A stretch of 64,000 bases of DNA from Phycisphaerae bacterium (GCA_050115495.1 JASFQK010000024.1:1-64000), one strand, 5' to 3'; positions 30,376-40,138 are shown, counted from the stretch's first letter. Notes: a model not told the origin generated them from the sequence alone. Translations and numbers: made by a program.

Positions 30376-31428
30376 CTAGTACTCACCCTCGTCCGACTCG
30401 ATGGACGGCCGCCACTCGTCCAGATGCTCGAGAAATTCGCTGGTGCCGCGGGCCACGCAGGTCAGCGGGTCGTCGGCGATATTGACGTCCACGCCGGAAG
30501 CCTTGGCCAATACCTGGTCCAACCCGCGGAGCAGCGCGCCGCCGCCGGCGAGCTTAATGCCGTTGTCGACGAGGTCGGCGGCGAGTTCAGGCTCGATCCG
30601 CTCGAGGGTACGGAGCACGGCCTCGATGATCTGGCCGGCGGGTTCCTTCAGGGCCTCGCGGATTTCTTCGCTGGTGATCACAGCGCGGCGCGGCAGACCG
30701 CTGATCATGTCGCGGCCCTTGACCTCGAGCTTCACCTCTTCGGCGAGCGGGGCGGCGGAGCCGGACTGAATCTTGATGCTCTCCGCGGTTTGCGGGCCGA
30801 CCATCAGGTTGTAGTTGCGCTTGAGGTAGTTGACGATGGCGCTGTCCATCTCGTCGCCGGCGACGCGCACCGACGTGCAGTCGGCGATGTCGGAAAGGCT
30901 GAGGACGGCGACTTCGGTCGTGCCGCCGCCGATGTCGACGATCATCGAAGCCGTCGGCTCGCTGATGGGCAGGCCGGCGCCGAGGCCGGCGGCGAGGGGC
31001 TCCTGCACGATGTAGACCTGGCGGGCACCGGCGCGGCGCGCCGAGTTGTACACGGCCCGCTTCTCGACGGCGGTGATGCCGGAGGGCACGGACACGACGA
31101 CGCGTGGATGAGCGAGCCCGCGGTTGCCGTGGACCTTGCGGATGAAGTAGCCGAGCATCGCCTCGGTGATGTCGAAGTCGGCGATGACGCCATCCTTCAA
31201 CGGACGAATGGCGGTGATGCTGCCGGGCGTGCGGCCGAGCATCTCCTTCGCAACGAGACCGACGGCGTTGCCGTTGTCGAGGACCTGGTTGGTGCCCTTG
31301 CGGACGGCGACGACCGATGGCTCGTTGAGGACGATACCCTCCCCCTTGACCGCGACCAGGGTGTTGCAGGTCCCCAGGTCAATGCCCATGTCCAGGCTGA
31401 ACAGCCCCATGAGTCGGCGGATGAACAA
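30376..31428 (-). CDS. mreB: Actin-like protein MreB
   Basis: IDLGT, NEPSVVA, RPLKDGVIADF, VDIGGGTT, GGGALL; TTG start with GGAGG RBS. Confidence 0.97.
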   Translation of the reverse strand: MFIRRLMGLFSLDMGIDLGTCNTLVAVKGEGIVLNEPSVVAVRKGTNQVLDNGNAVGLVAKEMLGRTPGSITAIRPLKDGVIADFDITEAMLGYFIRKVHGNRGLAHPRVVVSVPSGITAVEKRAVYNSARRAGARQVYIVQEPLAAGLGAGLPISEPTASMIVDIGGGTTEVAVLSLSDIADCTSVRVAGDEMDSAIVNYLKRNYNLMVGPQTAESIKIQSGSAAPLAEEVKLEVKGRDMISGLPRRAVITSEEIREALKEPAGQIIEAVLRTLERIEPELAADLVDNGIKLAGGGALLRGLDQVLAKASGVDVNIADDPLTCVARGTSEFLEHLDEWRPSIESDEGEY

Positions 31429-31542
31429 GGGTCACACCTCCCCCGCCGACCATCGTGCGGCCGGTCGGCGACCAGCCACCGCAACTGCCGGGATCATGTC
31501 GCCTCCTTGCGTCCCGGACCGCCTGACCCGCCGGCCTTACGC

Positions 31543-31716
31543 TTAGCTACCGGGCGGCGGCAACAGCGATCCGAACAGGCTCATCGCGCGAGCGCCGACG
31601 TAGAGCGTCGCCGCCAATACGAACAGAAACGCCACGACCACCAACGCCGTATAGATGTCGTTTTCCGCCGCTGGCCGACTGCTGGTCCGGGCCGGTCCTG
31701 TGTTGGGTAATGCCAT
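31543..31716 (-). CDS. Small single-pass membrane protein, 57 aa (not in ORF track)
   Basis: MALPNTGPARTSSRPAAENDIYTALVVVAFLFVLAATLYVGARAMSLFGSLLPPPGS*; GGAG upstream; 20 nt after the stop of the preceding gene. Confidence 0.75.
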   Translation of the reverse strand: MALPNTGPARTSSRPAAENDIYTALVVVAFLFVLAATLYVGARAMSLFGSLLPPPGS

Positions 31717-31736
31717 GATGCTGCTGCTCCCGCGGT

Positions 31737-32612
31737 CTAGTTCCCGGTACCTTCCAGCCCGTAAGCCACGGCGTCGCCTGGCCGCACTTCTTCCTTGATC
31801 GTCTTCAGCTTGCCGCCGGCCTGGTCGGGCCAGACGCGGTCGACGACGAGCTCGGCGACGAAGGACTCACCGCGGTGCACCATGAACGTCATGCCGGAGA
31901 CGACGCCGGAAGTCTGCCCGATGTTGATGCTGGCGTAGTTGCCGTCGATCGCGGTGACTTCGCCGCGGATGGGGCCGGCGACGGGCGCCGCGACGGGCAT
32001 GACACCGGCGACGGTCTCACTCGCCGAGGCCACGCGGTGCCCCTCGGCCATGCGCTGCTGGAGCGCGGCGACCTGCTGCTCGGCGGCGTAGAGCTTCTCC
32101 TGCAGATTGCGAAGCTGGTCCGTCATGATGGTGACGTTGGAGGTCAGCTCCAGCACGCGGCTGTTCAGACGCGTGTTGCGGGTCTGCAAGTCGATGTTCT
32201 GCGTAAGCAACGCTTGGTTCTGCTTCTGGAGGGCGGTGTTCTCGCCGGTGAGCACGCCGAGCATCTCTTCGAGTTTCTTCCGGCCGGCGTCGGCGGCGAC
32301 CGCCTCGTTGGTCCGGCGGGCAAGCTCGTTCTTCGAGTCGGCCAACTCGTTGGCCAGGTCCTGACGCTGCCGGTCGTTGACGTCCAGCTCCTGCGTGAGC
32401 CGCTGGATTTCGTCCTCCTTGATGGTCAGCGAGGCCTCGGCGACGCTCTGAACGCTGTTGCGCTCGGTGATGGCGGCACCAGCCTGCTCCTGATACTTCG
32501 TGGCCAGCTCCCGCCAGTTAACCCACTGGGCGGCGGCAGCGATGAACAGGCAGGACATCGCGATCGACAGGACGGCATTCAGGACGATGAACACTTTCGT
32601 CATGGTGCTCAC
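31737..32612 (-). CDS. Membrane-anchored long coiled-coil protein with C-terminal beta domain
   Basis: TM KVFIVLNAVLSIAMSCLFIAAA, about 160 aa of heptad pattern, C-terminal ASINIGQTSGVVSGMTFMV. Confidence 0.8.
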   Translation of the reverse strand: MSTMTKVFIVLNAVLSIAMSCLFIAAAAQWVNWRELATKYQEQAGAAITERNSVQSVAEASLTIKEDEIQRLTQELDVNDRQRQDLANELADSKNELARRTNEAVAADAGRKKLEEMLGVLTGENTALQKQNQALLTQNIDLQTRNTRLNSRVLELTSNVTIMTDQLRNLQEKLYAAEQQVAALQQRMAEGHRVASASETVAGVMPVAAPVAGPIRGEVTAIDGNYASINIGQTSGVVSGMTFMVHRGESFVAELVVDRVWPDQAGGKLKTIKEEVRPGDAVAYGLEGTGN

Positions 32613-32849
32613 GAGCGAACTCCTTTACAACCTCAGGAGGAGTCAACCGTCGGCGACGTCGGCACCTGCGGGCAGACGCGGCCTGCTGTAGCCTTACAGG
32701 CCCGAACGGGACAGTCCGGTCGGGATTGTACGGGCCGTCCGGCACAATGCAACCCGGATTGTGCCACGTCAGTCCCGCCGGGGCAATGGCCGCGGTCCGG
32801 AGAAAGCGGCGGTTGCCAACGGCGCCCCGCACTCGCTAGGCTACGTACC

Positions 32850-33872
32850 ATGGAGCTCTCGGTAACGCTGCGTGAACCGCAGAAACGCGCCGGGCTGTTC
32901 GGGACGAGCGACCGGCACCTGCGGCGAATTCGCGACGAGTTGGGCGTGCGCCTGCTCGCCCGCAACGACGTTCTGCGCATCCAGGGCGAACCGGCCCAGG
33001 TGGCCCGGGCCGCCGCCGTCATCGAGTCCCTCCAGGAGCTGCTCCACGGCCGGGAATTCCTGGACGATGAGGACGTGGCCGAAGTACTGGCGAAAACCGG
33101 GGACCGGGTGGCCGCCAGCGACCCCGACGCCCTGCCGGTCTTCACCGGCCACACCGTCATCCGGGCCCGCACCGATGGCCAGCGGCACTACATCCACGCC
33201 ATGCTGAACCACGACCTGGTCTTCTGCGTGGGGCCGGCGGGGACCGGTAAGACCTACCTGGCCGTCGCCGTCGCCATCCACCTGCTGAAGGCCGGCAAGA
33301 CGAACCGCATCGCCTTGGTCCGGCCGGCGGTCGAGGCGGGCGAGAAGCTGGGCTTCCTACCCGGGGACCTGCAGCAGAAGGTGAACCCCTACCTGCGGCC
33401 GCTGTTCGACGCCATGCACGACATGATGACGTTCGACCAGCTCAAGCGTTTCCTGGTCAACGACGTGGTGGAGGTCATCCCCCTGGCCTACATGCGGGGA
33501 CGGACGCTGAACAACGCGGTGATCATCCTCGACGAAGCGCAGAACTGCACGCCGTCGCAGATGCTCATGTTCCTCACGCGGCTGGGCCATCACAGCAAGA
33601 TGATCGTGACGGGAGACGACAGCCAGAGTGACCTGGAGCCGGGGCAGCCGTCGGGCCTGATCGACGCCCTGCATCGGCTGCGCGGCATCCCGGGCATCGA
33701 TATCCTCCGTCTGACCGACGCGGATATAATCCGTCATCGCCTCGTGCAGGCGGTAGTGGCTCGTTACGCAGACACCGCGGCAGCGAGCCGGAACAGGCGA
33801 GCCGAGACCGATAATCCGGGCATGTCCTCGCACGCCGCCGGCGAGTCCGATAGCGCACCGGCGGCGGGCTGA
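32850..33872 (+). CDS. phoH: PhoH-like ATPase (KH + P-loop)
   Basis: GPAGTGKTYLAV, RPAVEAGEKLGFLPGD, YMRGRTL, DEAQN; start at MELSV (32850). Confidence 0.95.
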   Translation: MELSVTLREPQKRAGLFGTSDRHLRRIRDELGVRLLARNDVLRIQGEPAQVARAAAVIESLQELLHGREFLDDEDVAEVLAKTGDRVAASDPDALPVFTGHTVIRARTDGQRHYIHAMLNHDLVFCVGPAGTGKTYLAVAVAIHLLKAGKTNRIALVRPAVEAGEKLGFLPGDLQQKVNPYLRPLFDAMHDMMTFDQLKRFLVNDVVEVIPLAYMRGRTLNNAVIILDEAQNCTPSQMLMFLTRLGHHSKMIVTGDDSQSDLEPGQPSGLIDALHRLRGIPGIDILRLTDADIIRHRLVQAVVARYADTAAASRNRRAETDNPGMSSHAAGESDSAPAAG

Positions 33873-33907
33873 AGTTCCCGCCCGGGCGTGTCGAAGGCGC
33901 TATTCTG

Positions 33908-36343
33908 ATGTGGCCGTTTGCCAAGAAATCAGCGCGTCGCCAGGAGATACGCCGCTCGCGTACCGAGCGCGGTGCCGGGCGCGTGTCGCGCCTGCTCGGC
34001 CAGGAGCAGTTGCTGCGGGCCGTCTTCCTGGCGGGCGTGGCGGTGGCGGCGGCGATCCTGCTGAACATCGGGGGGGATGTGCTGCCGTACCGGATTGGGC
34101 AGTCGGTGCCGCGGGCGGTGGCCTCACGCTGCGAATTCTCCGTCGACAACCAGGCGCGGACGCTCGAAAAGCGCTTGCAGGCCTACAACACGGCCGACAC
34201 CTACTATGAGCTCGACGCGTCGCTGGTACGCGACATTCGCGGCCGGCTGACCAACGCCCTGCAACTGGCCAAGGAGCACGCCGCCGACCCGGCCGAACTG
34301 GTGGCCGAGGCGCGGAAGGTGCGGATCGTGCTGGACGACGCCGGCCGGGACGAGCTGATACGGATGGCGACGCTGACCGACACCGCCGAGTTACAGGCGG
34401 CGGTGGAGCGTTTCCAGCGTGCGGTGGACAGCGCCATCAGCCGGCTGGTCTTCCCGCCCTACCAGCTTCCGATTCTGGTCGAGGCGGTGGAGCCGTCGCG
34501 GCGAAGGACGCCGCTGAACGCGATCCTGGTGGATCCGGGTGAGCCACAGGCGAACACGCCCGCGCAACGGCGGGCGGTGCCGGTGGCCCGGCTGCTGAGC
34601 ACGTCGCGTCCGGATGCGGGTGAGACCGTCGCCGAGGCCGTGGCGCAGGCCTTCTCGGCCCCGCTGCGGGCGAGCATGCAGGCCTCGATTCTGGCGATGC
34701 TGCGTGGCGAGGGCGAAGGTGAGGGCAGTCTGCGGCCGGTGTACCGGTATCTGCCGGAGCAATCGGAACGGGCCGCCCTCGAAGCCCGCGATCGCGTCGA
34801 GACGCAGACGGACACGTACGCGACCGATCAGCAGCTCATCGCCGCCGGCCCGATCACCAAAGAGGAATACACCCTCCTGCAAGCGGAGCACGACGCGTAC
34901 AACACCTGGGTCGCCACCGCGGGGGCGCCGACAACGGAGCCGGGCGGCGTGGCGGAGTCTGTTGAAGGGGGTGTGCTCGATCGTGAGGCGGCGCAGGCCG
35001 CGGCGGCTCGGGCGGCCTGGCGAGCCAGTTGGCTGTCGGCCGCCGGTCGCGGGCTGCTCGCCCTACTGGTGACGCTGGGTCTGGCGTATCTCGTCTGGCA
35101 GATGAAGGGGCGGGTGCGCATCGACCCGCGGCGGCAACTGCTCGCGACGGGGCTGCTCATGGGGCTGCTGGCGGTGGCCCGACTGCTGTACGTGCTGACG
35201 GGTGTGCCGCACTATGCGGTCGGCGTGCAGGCCTTTGCGGCTGTGCTGCTGGCCATCGCCCTGGCCCGCGGGCCAGTGCTGGCGGTTTGCGGGGCGCTGG
35301 CCCTGCTGATCACGATCGCCACGCGACAGGGCGTCGGCTTCTTCCTGCTGCTGATGTCGGTGTCGATGGTGCTGCTGGCGGGTTTGCGCGACATTCGCAG
35401 CCGCGGGAAGATCGTGGCCGTGGGCAGTGCCGCCGGCGCGGTGGCCCTGGTTACGGGGCTGGCGGTGGGGCTGATCAACGGGCAGACGCTGAGCTTCGCG
35501 TTCTGGCGGCAGGCGGCGCTGGCCGCGGGGGCGACGTTGGCGGCGGCGTTCATCATCGAGGGCATCCTGCCCACCATCGAGCGGCTCTTCCACTTCAGCA
35601 CGAGCATGACGCTGCTGGAATGGTGCGATGCCAGCAAGCGGCTGCTGCGGCTGCTGGCCGCCGAGGCACCGGGCACATACAACCATAGCTTGTTGGTCGG
35701 GACGCTCGCGGAGTCGGCGGCGGAGGCTGTCGGGGCCAACGGCCTGTTGGCCCGTACCGGGGCCTACTACCACGACGTCGGCAAGATCAACAAGCCCGAG
35801 TATTTCGCCGAGAACCAGGCCATGGGCGTCAGCCGGCACGACCGCCTCTCGCCGGCGATGAGCCACCTCATCATCATCGGGCACGTGAAAGACGGCATCG
35901 AAATGGCGGTCGAGTATGGCCTGCCGGCCAGCCTGCACCCGTTCATCGGCGAGCATCACGGCACGACGCTCGTGCAGTACTTCTATCACGCGGCCAGCAT
36001 GCAGCGCAAACCGGGCGATCGCGAGGTGTCGGACGTCGAGTTCCGCTATCCGGGGCCGAAGCCACAGTCGAAAGAGACGGCGATCGTCATGCTCTGCGAC
36101 GGCGTCGAAGGCGCGGTGCGGGCCATGCCCGAACCAACCGCTGGCCGGATCGAGGACGTCGTCACCAAGATCGCCCAGCAACGTCTCGTGGACGGGCAGT
36201 TCGACGAGTGCGACCTGACGTTCCGCGAGCTCGAGACGATCGAGCGCAGCCTGGTGAAGAGCCTCTGCGCCATCTACCACTCGCGTATTCAGTATCCCGA
36301 GCGCGGCGACGAGGAGAAGACGGTCAACTCGCGGGCGTCGTAG
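33908..36343 (+). CDS. 7TM-HD phosphohydrolase (PgpH/YqfF-like)
   Basis: Large extracytoplasmic domain, about 7 TM helices, APGTYNHS, YYHDVGK, EHHGT, YPGPKP; phoH-HD-ybeY synteny. Confidence 0.92.
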   Translation: MWPFAKKSARRQEIRRSRTERGAGRVSRLLGQEQLLRAVFLAGVAVAAAILLNIGGDVLPYRIGQSVPRAVASRCEFSVDNQARTLEKRLQAYNTADTYYELDASLVRDIRGRLTNALQLAKEHAADPAELVAEARKVRIVLDDAGRDELIRMATLTDTAELQAAVERFQRAVDSAISRLVFPPYQLPILVEAVEPSRRRTPLNAILVDPGEPQANTPAQRRAVPVARLLSTSRPDAGETVAEAVAQAFSAPLRASMQASILAMLRGEGEGEGSLRPVYRYLPEQSERAALEARDRVETQTDTYATDQQLIAAGPITKEEYTLLQAEHDAYNTWVATAGAPTTEPGGVAESVEGGVLDREAAQAAAARAAWRASWLSAAGRGLLALLVTLGLAYLVWQMKGRVRIDPRRQLLATGLLMGLLAVARLLYVLTGVPHYAVGVQAFAAVLLAIALARGPVLAVCGALALLITIATRQGVGFFLLLMSVSMVLLAGLRDIRSRGKIVAVGSAAGAVALVTGLAVGLINGQTLSFAFWRQAALAAGATLAAAFIIEGILPTIERLFHFSTSMTLLEWCDASKRLLRLLAAEAPGTYNHSLLVGTLAESAAEAVGANGLLARTGAYYHDVGKINKPEYFAENQAMGVSRHDRLSPAMSHLIIIGHVKDGIEMAVEYGLPASLHPFIGEHHGTTLVQYFYHAASMQRKPGDREVSDVEFRYPGPKPQSKETAIVMLCDGVEGAVRAMPEPTAGRIEDVVTKIAQQRLVDGQFDECDLTFRELETIERSLVKSLCAIYHSRIQYPERGDEEKTVNSRAS

Positions 36344-36386
36344 CCGCGAGCGTCGTGCGCTGTCCAGGCAACCTGGGGTCCCACCC

Positions 36387-36860
36387 ATGCGTCCCGCTCA
36401 ACCGCCGCTGGACATCACCGTTTCGTGGCAGCTTCGCGAGTCGTGGCGGGCACTGCGCCTGCTGTGGCAGGTGGCCGGGCACGTGGCGGCGGCGGAGGGT
36501 TTTCACAGCGGGTCGTTGTCGGTGGTGGTCGTCGGGGCGCGGGCCATGAGTACGCTGCATCAGCGGTATCGCGGGCAGCCGGGGCCAACGGACGTGCTGG
36601 CGTTCGACCTGGGGACGGAGCGGCGGCGGGGGATTCTCGACGGGGAGATCGTGCTGTGCGCTGACGTGGCTCGCCGGCGGGCCGGGCGGCGCGGCTTGGC
36701 GCCGGCCCGGGCCGAGCTGGCGCTGTACCTGGCACATGGCGTGCTGCACCTGGCGGGGTATGACGATCACAGCCCGGCGGGCTTCCGGCGGATGCACGCC
36801 CGGGAGGATGACCTGCTGAGCGAGCTCGGTCTGGGACGGGTGTTCGCGCGGGGCGCATAA
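36387..36860 (+). CDS. ybeY: rRNA maturation endoribonuclease YbeY
   Basis: PTDVLAF, GEIV, HGVLHLAGYDD. Confidence 0.92.
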   Translation: MRPAQPPLDITVSWQLRESWRALRLLWQVAGHVAAAEGFHSGSLSVVVVGARAMSTLHQRYRGQPGPTDVLAFDLGTERRRGILDGEIVLCADVARRRAGRRGLAPARAELALYLAHGVLHLAGYDDHSPAGFRRMHAREDDLLSELGLGRVFARGA

Positions 36861-37039
36861 GCCGACAACGGGCGACGGGCCGTTTTTCCACTTTGCAGCG
36901 GGGGGCCGCAGTAGTATGTTGAGCGATGGAACGCCCGCACGGGATGCAGGCTGTTTGACGGGGCGGCATGTCCCTGGCGCCGGGCGCCTGCGGAGGCCTG
37001 GGCAGAGGGGGGCCGACCAAGTACGCCGGGAGGAGCCCG

Positions 37040-37891
37040 ATGGCGCGGATGAGTTGTCCCCACTGCGGGCAGCAGTATCGTCTCCCCGAGGGACGGCTGG
37101 GGCAGAAAATGCGTTGCGCATGGTGTGGGTCCACGTTCGTGGCCGGGACCGACGAACACAACACATCTCCGCCGCTGCCGGCCAAGCCAGCCAAAGCAGC
37201 GGCACCAGCGAGACCGGTTAGAGCAACCAAGCCGGCCGCAGAGGCCGGCACGCTGCGCGTGTCCTGTCCGAACTGCCAGGCGCACATCAAGCTCCCGGCC
37301 AGTGCCGCCGGACGACGGCTGAAGTGCCCGAAGTGCGGCAAGGTGCTGCGGGCGCCGGGGTCGAGCCCGGCACCGGCTGCCGTACCACCCCCACCGCCGG
37401 CACGAGAACCAGCACGTCAAACCGCGAGTGGCGTTGGCGACGACGACTTCGAAGACCTGATGGCCACGGAGCGTGCCGGCGAGGCGATCGCGGTTGAACG
37501 TCCCGTGATGCGAGCCCCGCAGCCGATACCGGAGGCCACGGAGACGCCCGCCGCGAGCGAACGATCGTTCTCGTTGTCGATCGGGCCACTGAGCAATCCG
37601 TGGATGCTGGCGCTCGCCATCGTGGTCGCATTCACGGTGACGTTGCTGATCGCGGACGTGGCTCCGGTAATCGGATTGATCGGCCTATGCCTCGCGGCGC
37701 TGTTCCAACTTGGCCTGGGGCTGTGCGTGCTGGTCTGTGCCTTCCGGGAATCCGTGCTCACCGGCATCCTGTGCCTGTGTCTGCCCTTCTACGTGCTGTA
37801 CTTCATCTATGTGACCTGTGATGACTCACGGCTGAAAGCGATGTTCAGCGCGTCGCTGGCGATGAACGTCCTGGCCTGGGCCCTGCCATAG
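37040..37891 (+). CDS. Double zinc-ribbon membrane protein
   Basis: AGGAG RBS; CPHC...CAWC and CPNC...CPKC ribbons, Pro-rich linker, C-terminal TM helices. Confidence 0.75.
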   Translation: MARMSCPHCGQQYRLPEGRLGQKMRCAWCGSTFVAGTDEHNTSPPLPAKPAKAAAPARPVRATKPAAEAGTLRVSCPNCQAHIKLPASAAGRRLKCPKCGKVLRAPGSSPAPAAVPPPPPAREPARQTASGVGDDDFEDLMATERAGEAIAVERPVMRAPQPIPEATETPAASERSFSLSIGPLSNPWMLALAIVVAFTVTLLIADVAPVIGLIGLCLAALFQLGLGLCVLVCAFRESVLTGILCLCLPFYVLYFIYVTCDDSRLKAMFSASLAMNVLAWALP

Positions 37892-37899
37892 CGCGTCAT

Positions 37900-38361
37900 A
37901 TGATTGCCCCCACCCAACGAGCCGTCGCACTCCGCACGCCCAGCCAGCGCTGGTTCGGGCGGCGCAGCGGCGTGGTCGCGTGGGTGATTCTGGCGTTCGC
38001 GCTCGTTCACCCGGCGCACGGCCTGGGCTTACCGATTTGCATGTGGCGGGCGGCGGCCGACGTGCCCTGCCCCGGATGCGGGATGGCCCGCAGCTTGAGC
38101 TGCACGCTGCGCGGCGACATCACACAGGCGTGTGCATATCACCCGTTCGGCCCGATCTTCGCCGGGCTGTTCGTGGTCATGGGCGTGGTGGGGTACCTGC
38201 CGGAATCCGCCCGCGGGCGCTTCATGGCGTGCCTGGACCGTCATGGCAGGTGGACAACAGCCGCCTACGTCACGCTCATCGGCGCGTTCCTGGTGTTCGG
38301 AGCGGTCCGGGCCCTGGTGGCGTTCGGCCACAACCTCGCCGGCGGCGCGCCGTGCGGCTGA
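37900..38361 (+). CDS. DUF2752 family membrane protein
   Basis: C.WR....PCPGCGM.RS...GD...A..YHP motif. Confidence 0.85.
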   Translation: MIAPTQRAVALRTPSQRWFGRRSGVVAWVILAFALVHPAHGLGLPICMWRAAADVPCPGCGMARSLSCTLRGDITQACAYHPFGPIFAGLFVVMGVVGYLPESARGRFMACLDRHGRWTTAAYVTLIGAFLVFGAVRALVAFGHNLAGGAPCG

Positions 38362-38371
38362 CGGCGTTCGT

Positions 38372-39019
38372 CTACCGCCGCCGCAGCAGTCCCAACCCAG
38401 CGGCGAGCACGAGGACCGGGCTCGTCGGCTCGGGGACTGGGGTCGCCGACACGGTGAACTGGAACGCGTCCATACCATCTATGGATTCGAAAAACGGCAT
38501 GGGCACGGTCATCGTGTTACCGTCCACGCGCAGCAGCCACTGCGTGCCGACCGGCGGGCCGCCCTCGACACCGTCGGGAACACTGATCAGTTCGAGCGTG
38601 TACACCCAGTCGGCCGGCGGCTTGTAGTAGCTGTCGGCGCGGATGGAGAAGTACATCGTGTCTTCAAGCTCTGAACCCGGTTCGGCCCAGACGTGGATGG
38701 GCCCCCAGGTCTTGGAGTCGCCGGGGTCCATCTTGGCCTTGTGGTCGGTCCGATAAAATCCGGTCGGCCCGGTCCATTCCGGCGGGTTAAACTCGTGGTA
38801 GATGGACGCATGCCCGTCGCCGGTGAGCTCGTCCGGCCAATCGAGCTGGTCGTCCCAGTCGTCCGTGGCGTCGGACCTGACGCCGAACTGGTGCATGGTT
38901 CAGCCGCAACCGGGGCCGTAGTCGTAGAAGAAGCGGAATTGCTCGGCATCGGCGGCGGCCGGTTCGTTCAAGGCCGTCGCCGCCACGATCAGGCCCAGTG
39001 CCCAGACCCAGCGCTGCAT
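38372..39019 (-). CDS. PEP-CTERM exported protein with in-frame UGA at codon 40 (candidate selenoprotein, 215 aa)
   Basis: GGAG RBS + ATG 39019, signal peptide MQRWVWALGLIVAATA, ...YGPGCG-TGA(38900-38902)-TMHQF... in the same frame, ending VPEPTSPVLVLAAGLGLLRRR. Confidence 0.75.
38855..38891 (-). promoter_or_regulatory. Candidate bacterial SECIS element
   Basis: mRNA after UGA: ACCAUGCA-CCAGU-UC-GGCGUC-AGGUCC-GACGCC-ACGGACG-ACUGG; perfect 6-bp upper stem, loop starts after 21 nt with G at loop position 2. Confidence 0.6.
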
Positions 39020-39331
39020 TCTGTAGCTCCGCACCGCCCCGCTGCCACTTGTCACCGACGCCAGCCGGCCCACTGCGGCGCGCAGATCATCCCTGCAACT
39101 CGTTCGAGCGAAAGGGATTACCCAGCGCACTTCCAGTCTCCGGCCCCAACCGACTCGCCGCTGGGTCGATTCTACTGAAACACGTGTCTCAAAACAACCC
39201 AGAGCCACCGGGCCGTGGAACGGTATGCGGAATCGGGCGCGGTATGCGAGGCACGATGTCGCTGCCCCCCTGCCCATCCTGGCCGGTCCGTATAGAATGC
39301 CCACAGGCGCCAGCAGGAGGTATGACTGCGG

Positions 39332-40138
39332 ATGTTGCCGGGTCGCCGTGTGGGCGGATTCACGTTGATCGAGCTGCTCGTCGTCGTCGCGATTATCGCG
39401 GTGCTGCTGGCGATTCTGCTGCCGTCGCTCGCTCATGCGCGGGCCGCGGCCCGGGTCGCCGTCTGCGCGAGCAATCTGCGGCAGCTCGGGGCGGCCGTTC
39501 ACGTTTACGCGAACAACAACGACGGGCTCATTCCCCGCGGGCCGGACGGAGCACACCCCTACGACATCACCGGCAACCAGATGGCCACGAACCAGTTGTG
39601 GATCGGCTCCGGCACCGCCCCGCCGCCCACCGTCCCGCACATGTACCAGGGTCTCGGCCCCCTGCTGAAAACCACCTGCCCCGAAGCGCGAGCCTTCTTC
39701 TGCCCGGCGGACGGCAAGCAGAACCTGCAACAGGAGCTGCCCAAGATCGGCACCGACGAGGACGCCTACGGTTCGTACCTGTATCGCCAGCTCGACCAGT
39801 TGCCCGAGGGCTACGAACGCGGTTTGCTCGACACGCTCGGCGAGAACATCGTCGACGAGGTCGCGATCCCCGTGGAAACCCTGGCCTTCGACATGAACAG
39901 CTTCGGTCCCGAGCCGTATTATCAGGCCAACCACGACGGGCTCGTCGTCAACGTGCTGTACCGCGACGGCTCGGTTCGGCGATTCGCCATGCGCGACGAC
40001 TGCCTGGCGATCCCGCTCGAAGCCTTCTTCTCGCCGACGGGGATCTTCACCGCGCTCGACCAGATCCTGGTTAACGCGGACTACGCCTACCGCACGGGCC
40101 GGCCCGCCGAAGCGCCGCGCCTGGAGACCGTCAAATAG
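39332..40138 (+). CDS. Prepilin-type N-terminal cleavage/methylation protein (DUF1559-like)
   Basis: [43 protein letters not shown]...NVLYRDG. Confidence 0.9.
   Translation: MLPGRRVGGFTLIELLVVVAIIAVLLAILLPSLAHARAAARVAVCASNLRQLGAAVHVYANNNDGLIPRGPDGAHPYDITGNQMATNQLWIGSGTAPPPTVPHMYQGLGPLLKTTCPEARAFFCPADGKQNLQQELPKIGTDEDAYGSYLYRQLDQLPEGYERGLLDTLGENIVDEVAIPVETLAFDMNSFGPEPYYQANHDGLVVNVLYRDGSVRRFAMRDDCLAIPLEAFFSPTGIFTALDQILVNADYAYRTGRPAEAPRLETVK

Noticed and set aside
13830..31710. Long plus-strand ORFs opposite ribosomal and mre genes (e.g. 26451-28313, 29608-31710), and likewise 50875-52806
   Set aside because: Antisense shadows of real genes caused by high-GC codon bias; no protein motifs.
38372..38896. 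ORF-track call of a stand-alone 174-aa PEP-CTERM protein starting at ATG 38896
   Set aside because: No signal peptide or clear RBS; the in-frame upstream segment supplies both, so one gene spanning the UGA fits better.
38900..38902. Genome-wide UGA reassignment (genetic code 4 or 25)
   Set aside because: Many conserved genes here end at TGA at the expected position (e.g. rpoA, rpsH, secY, phoH).
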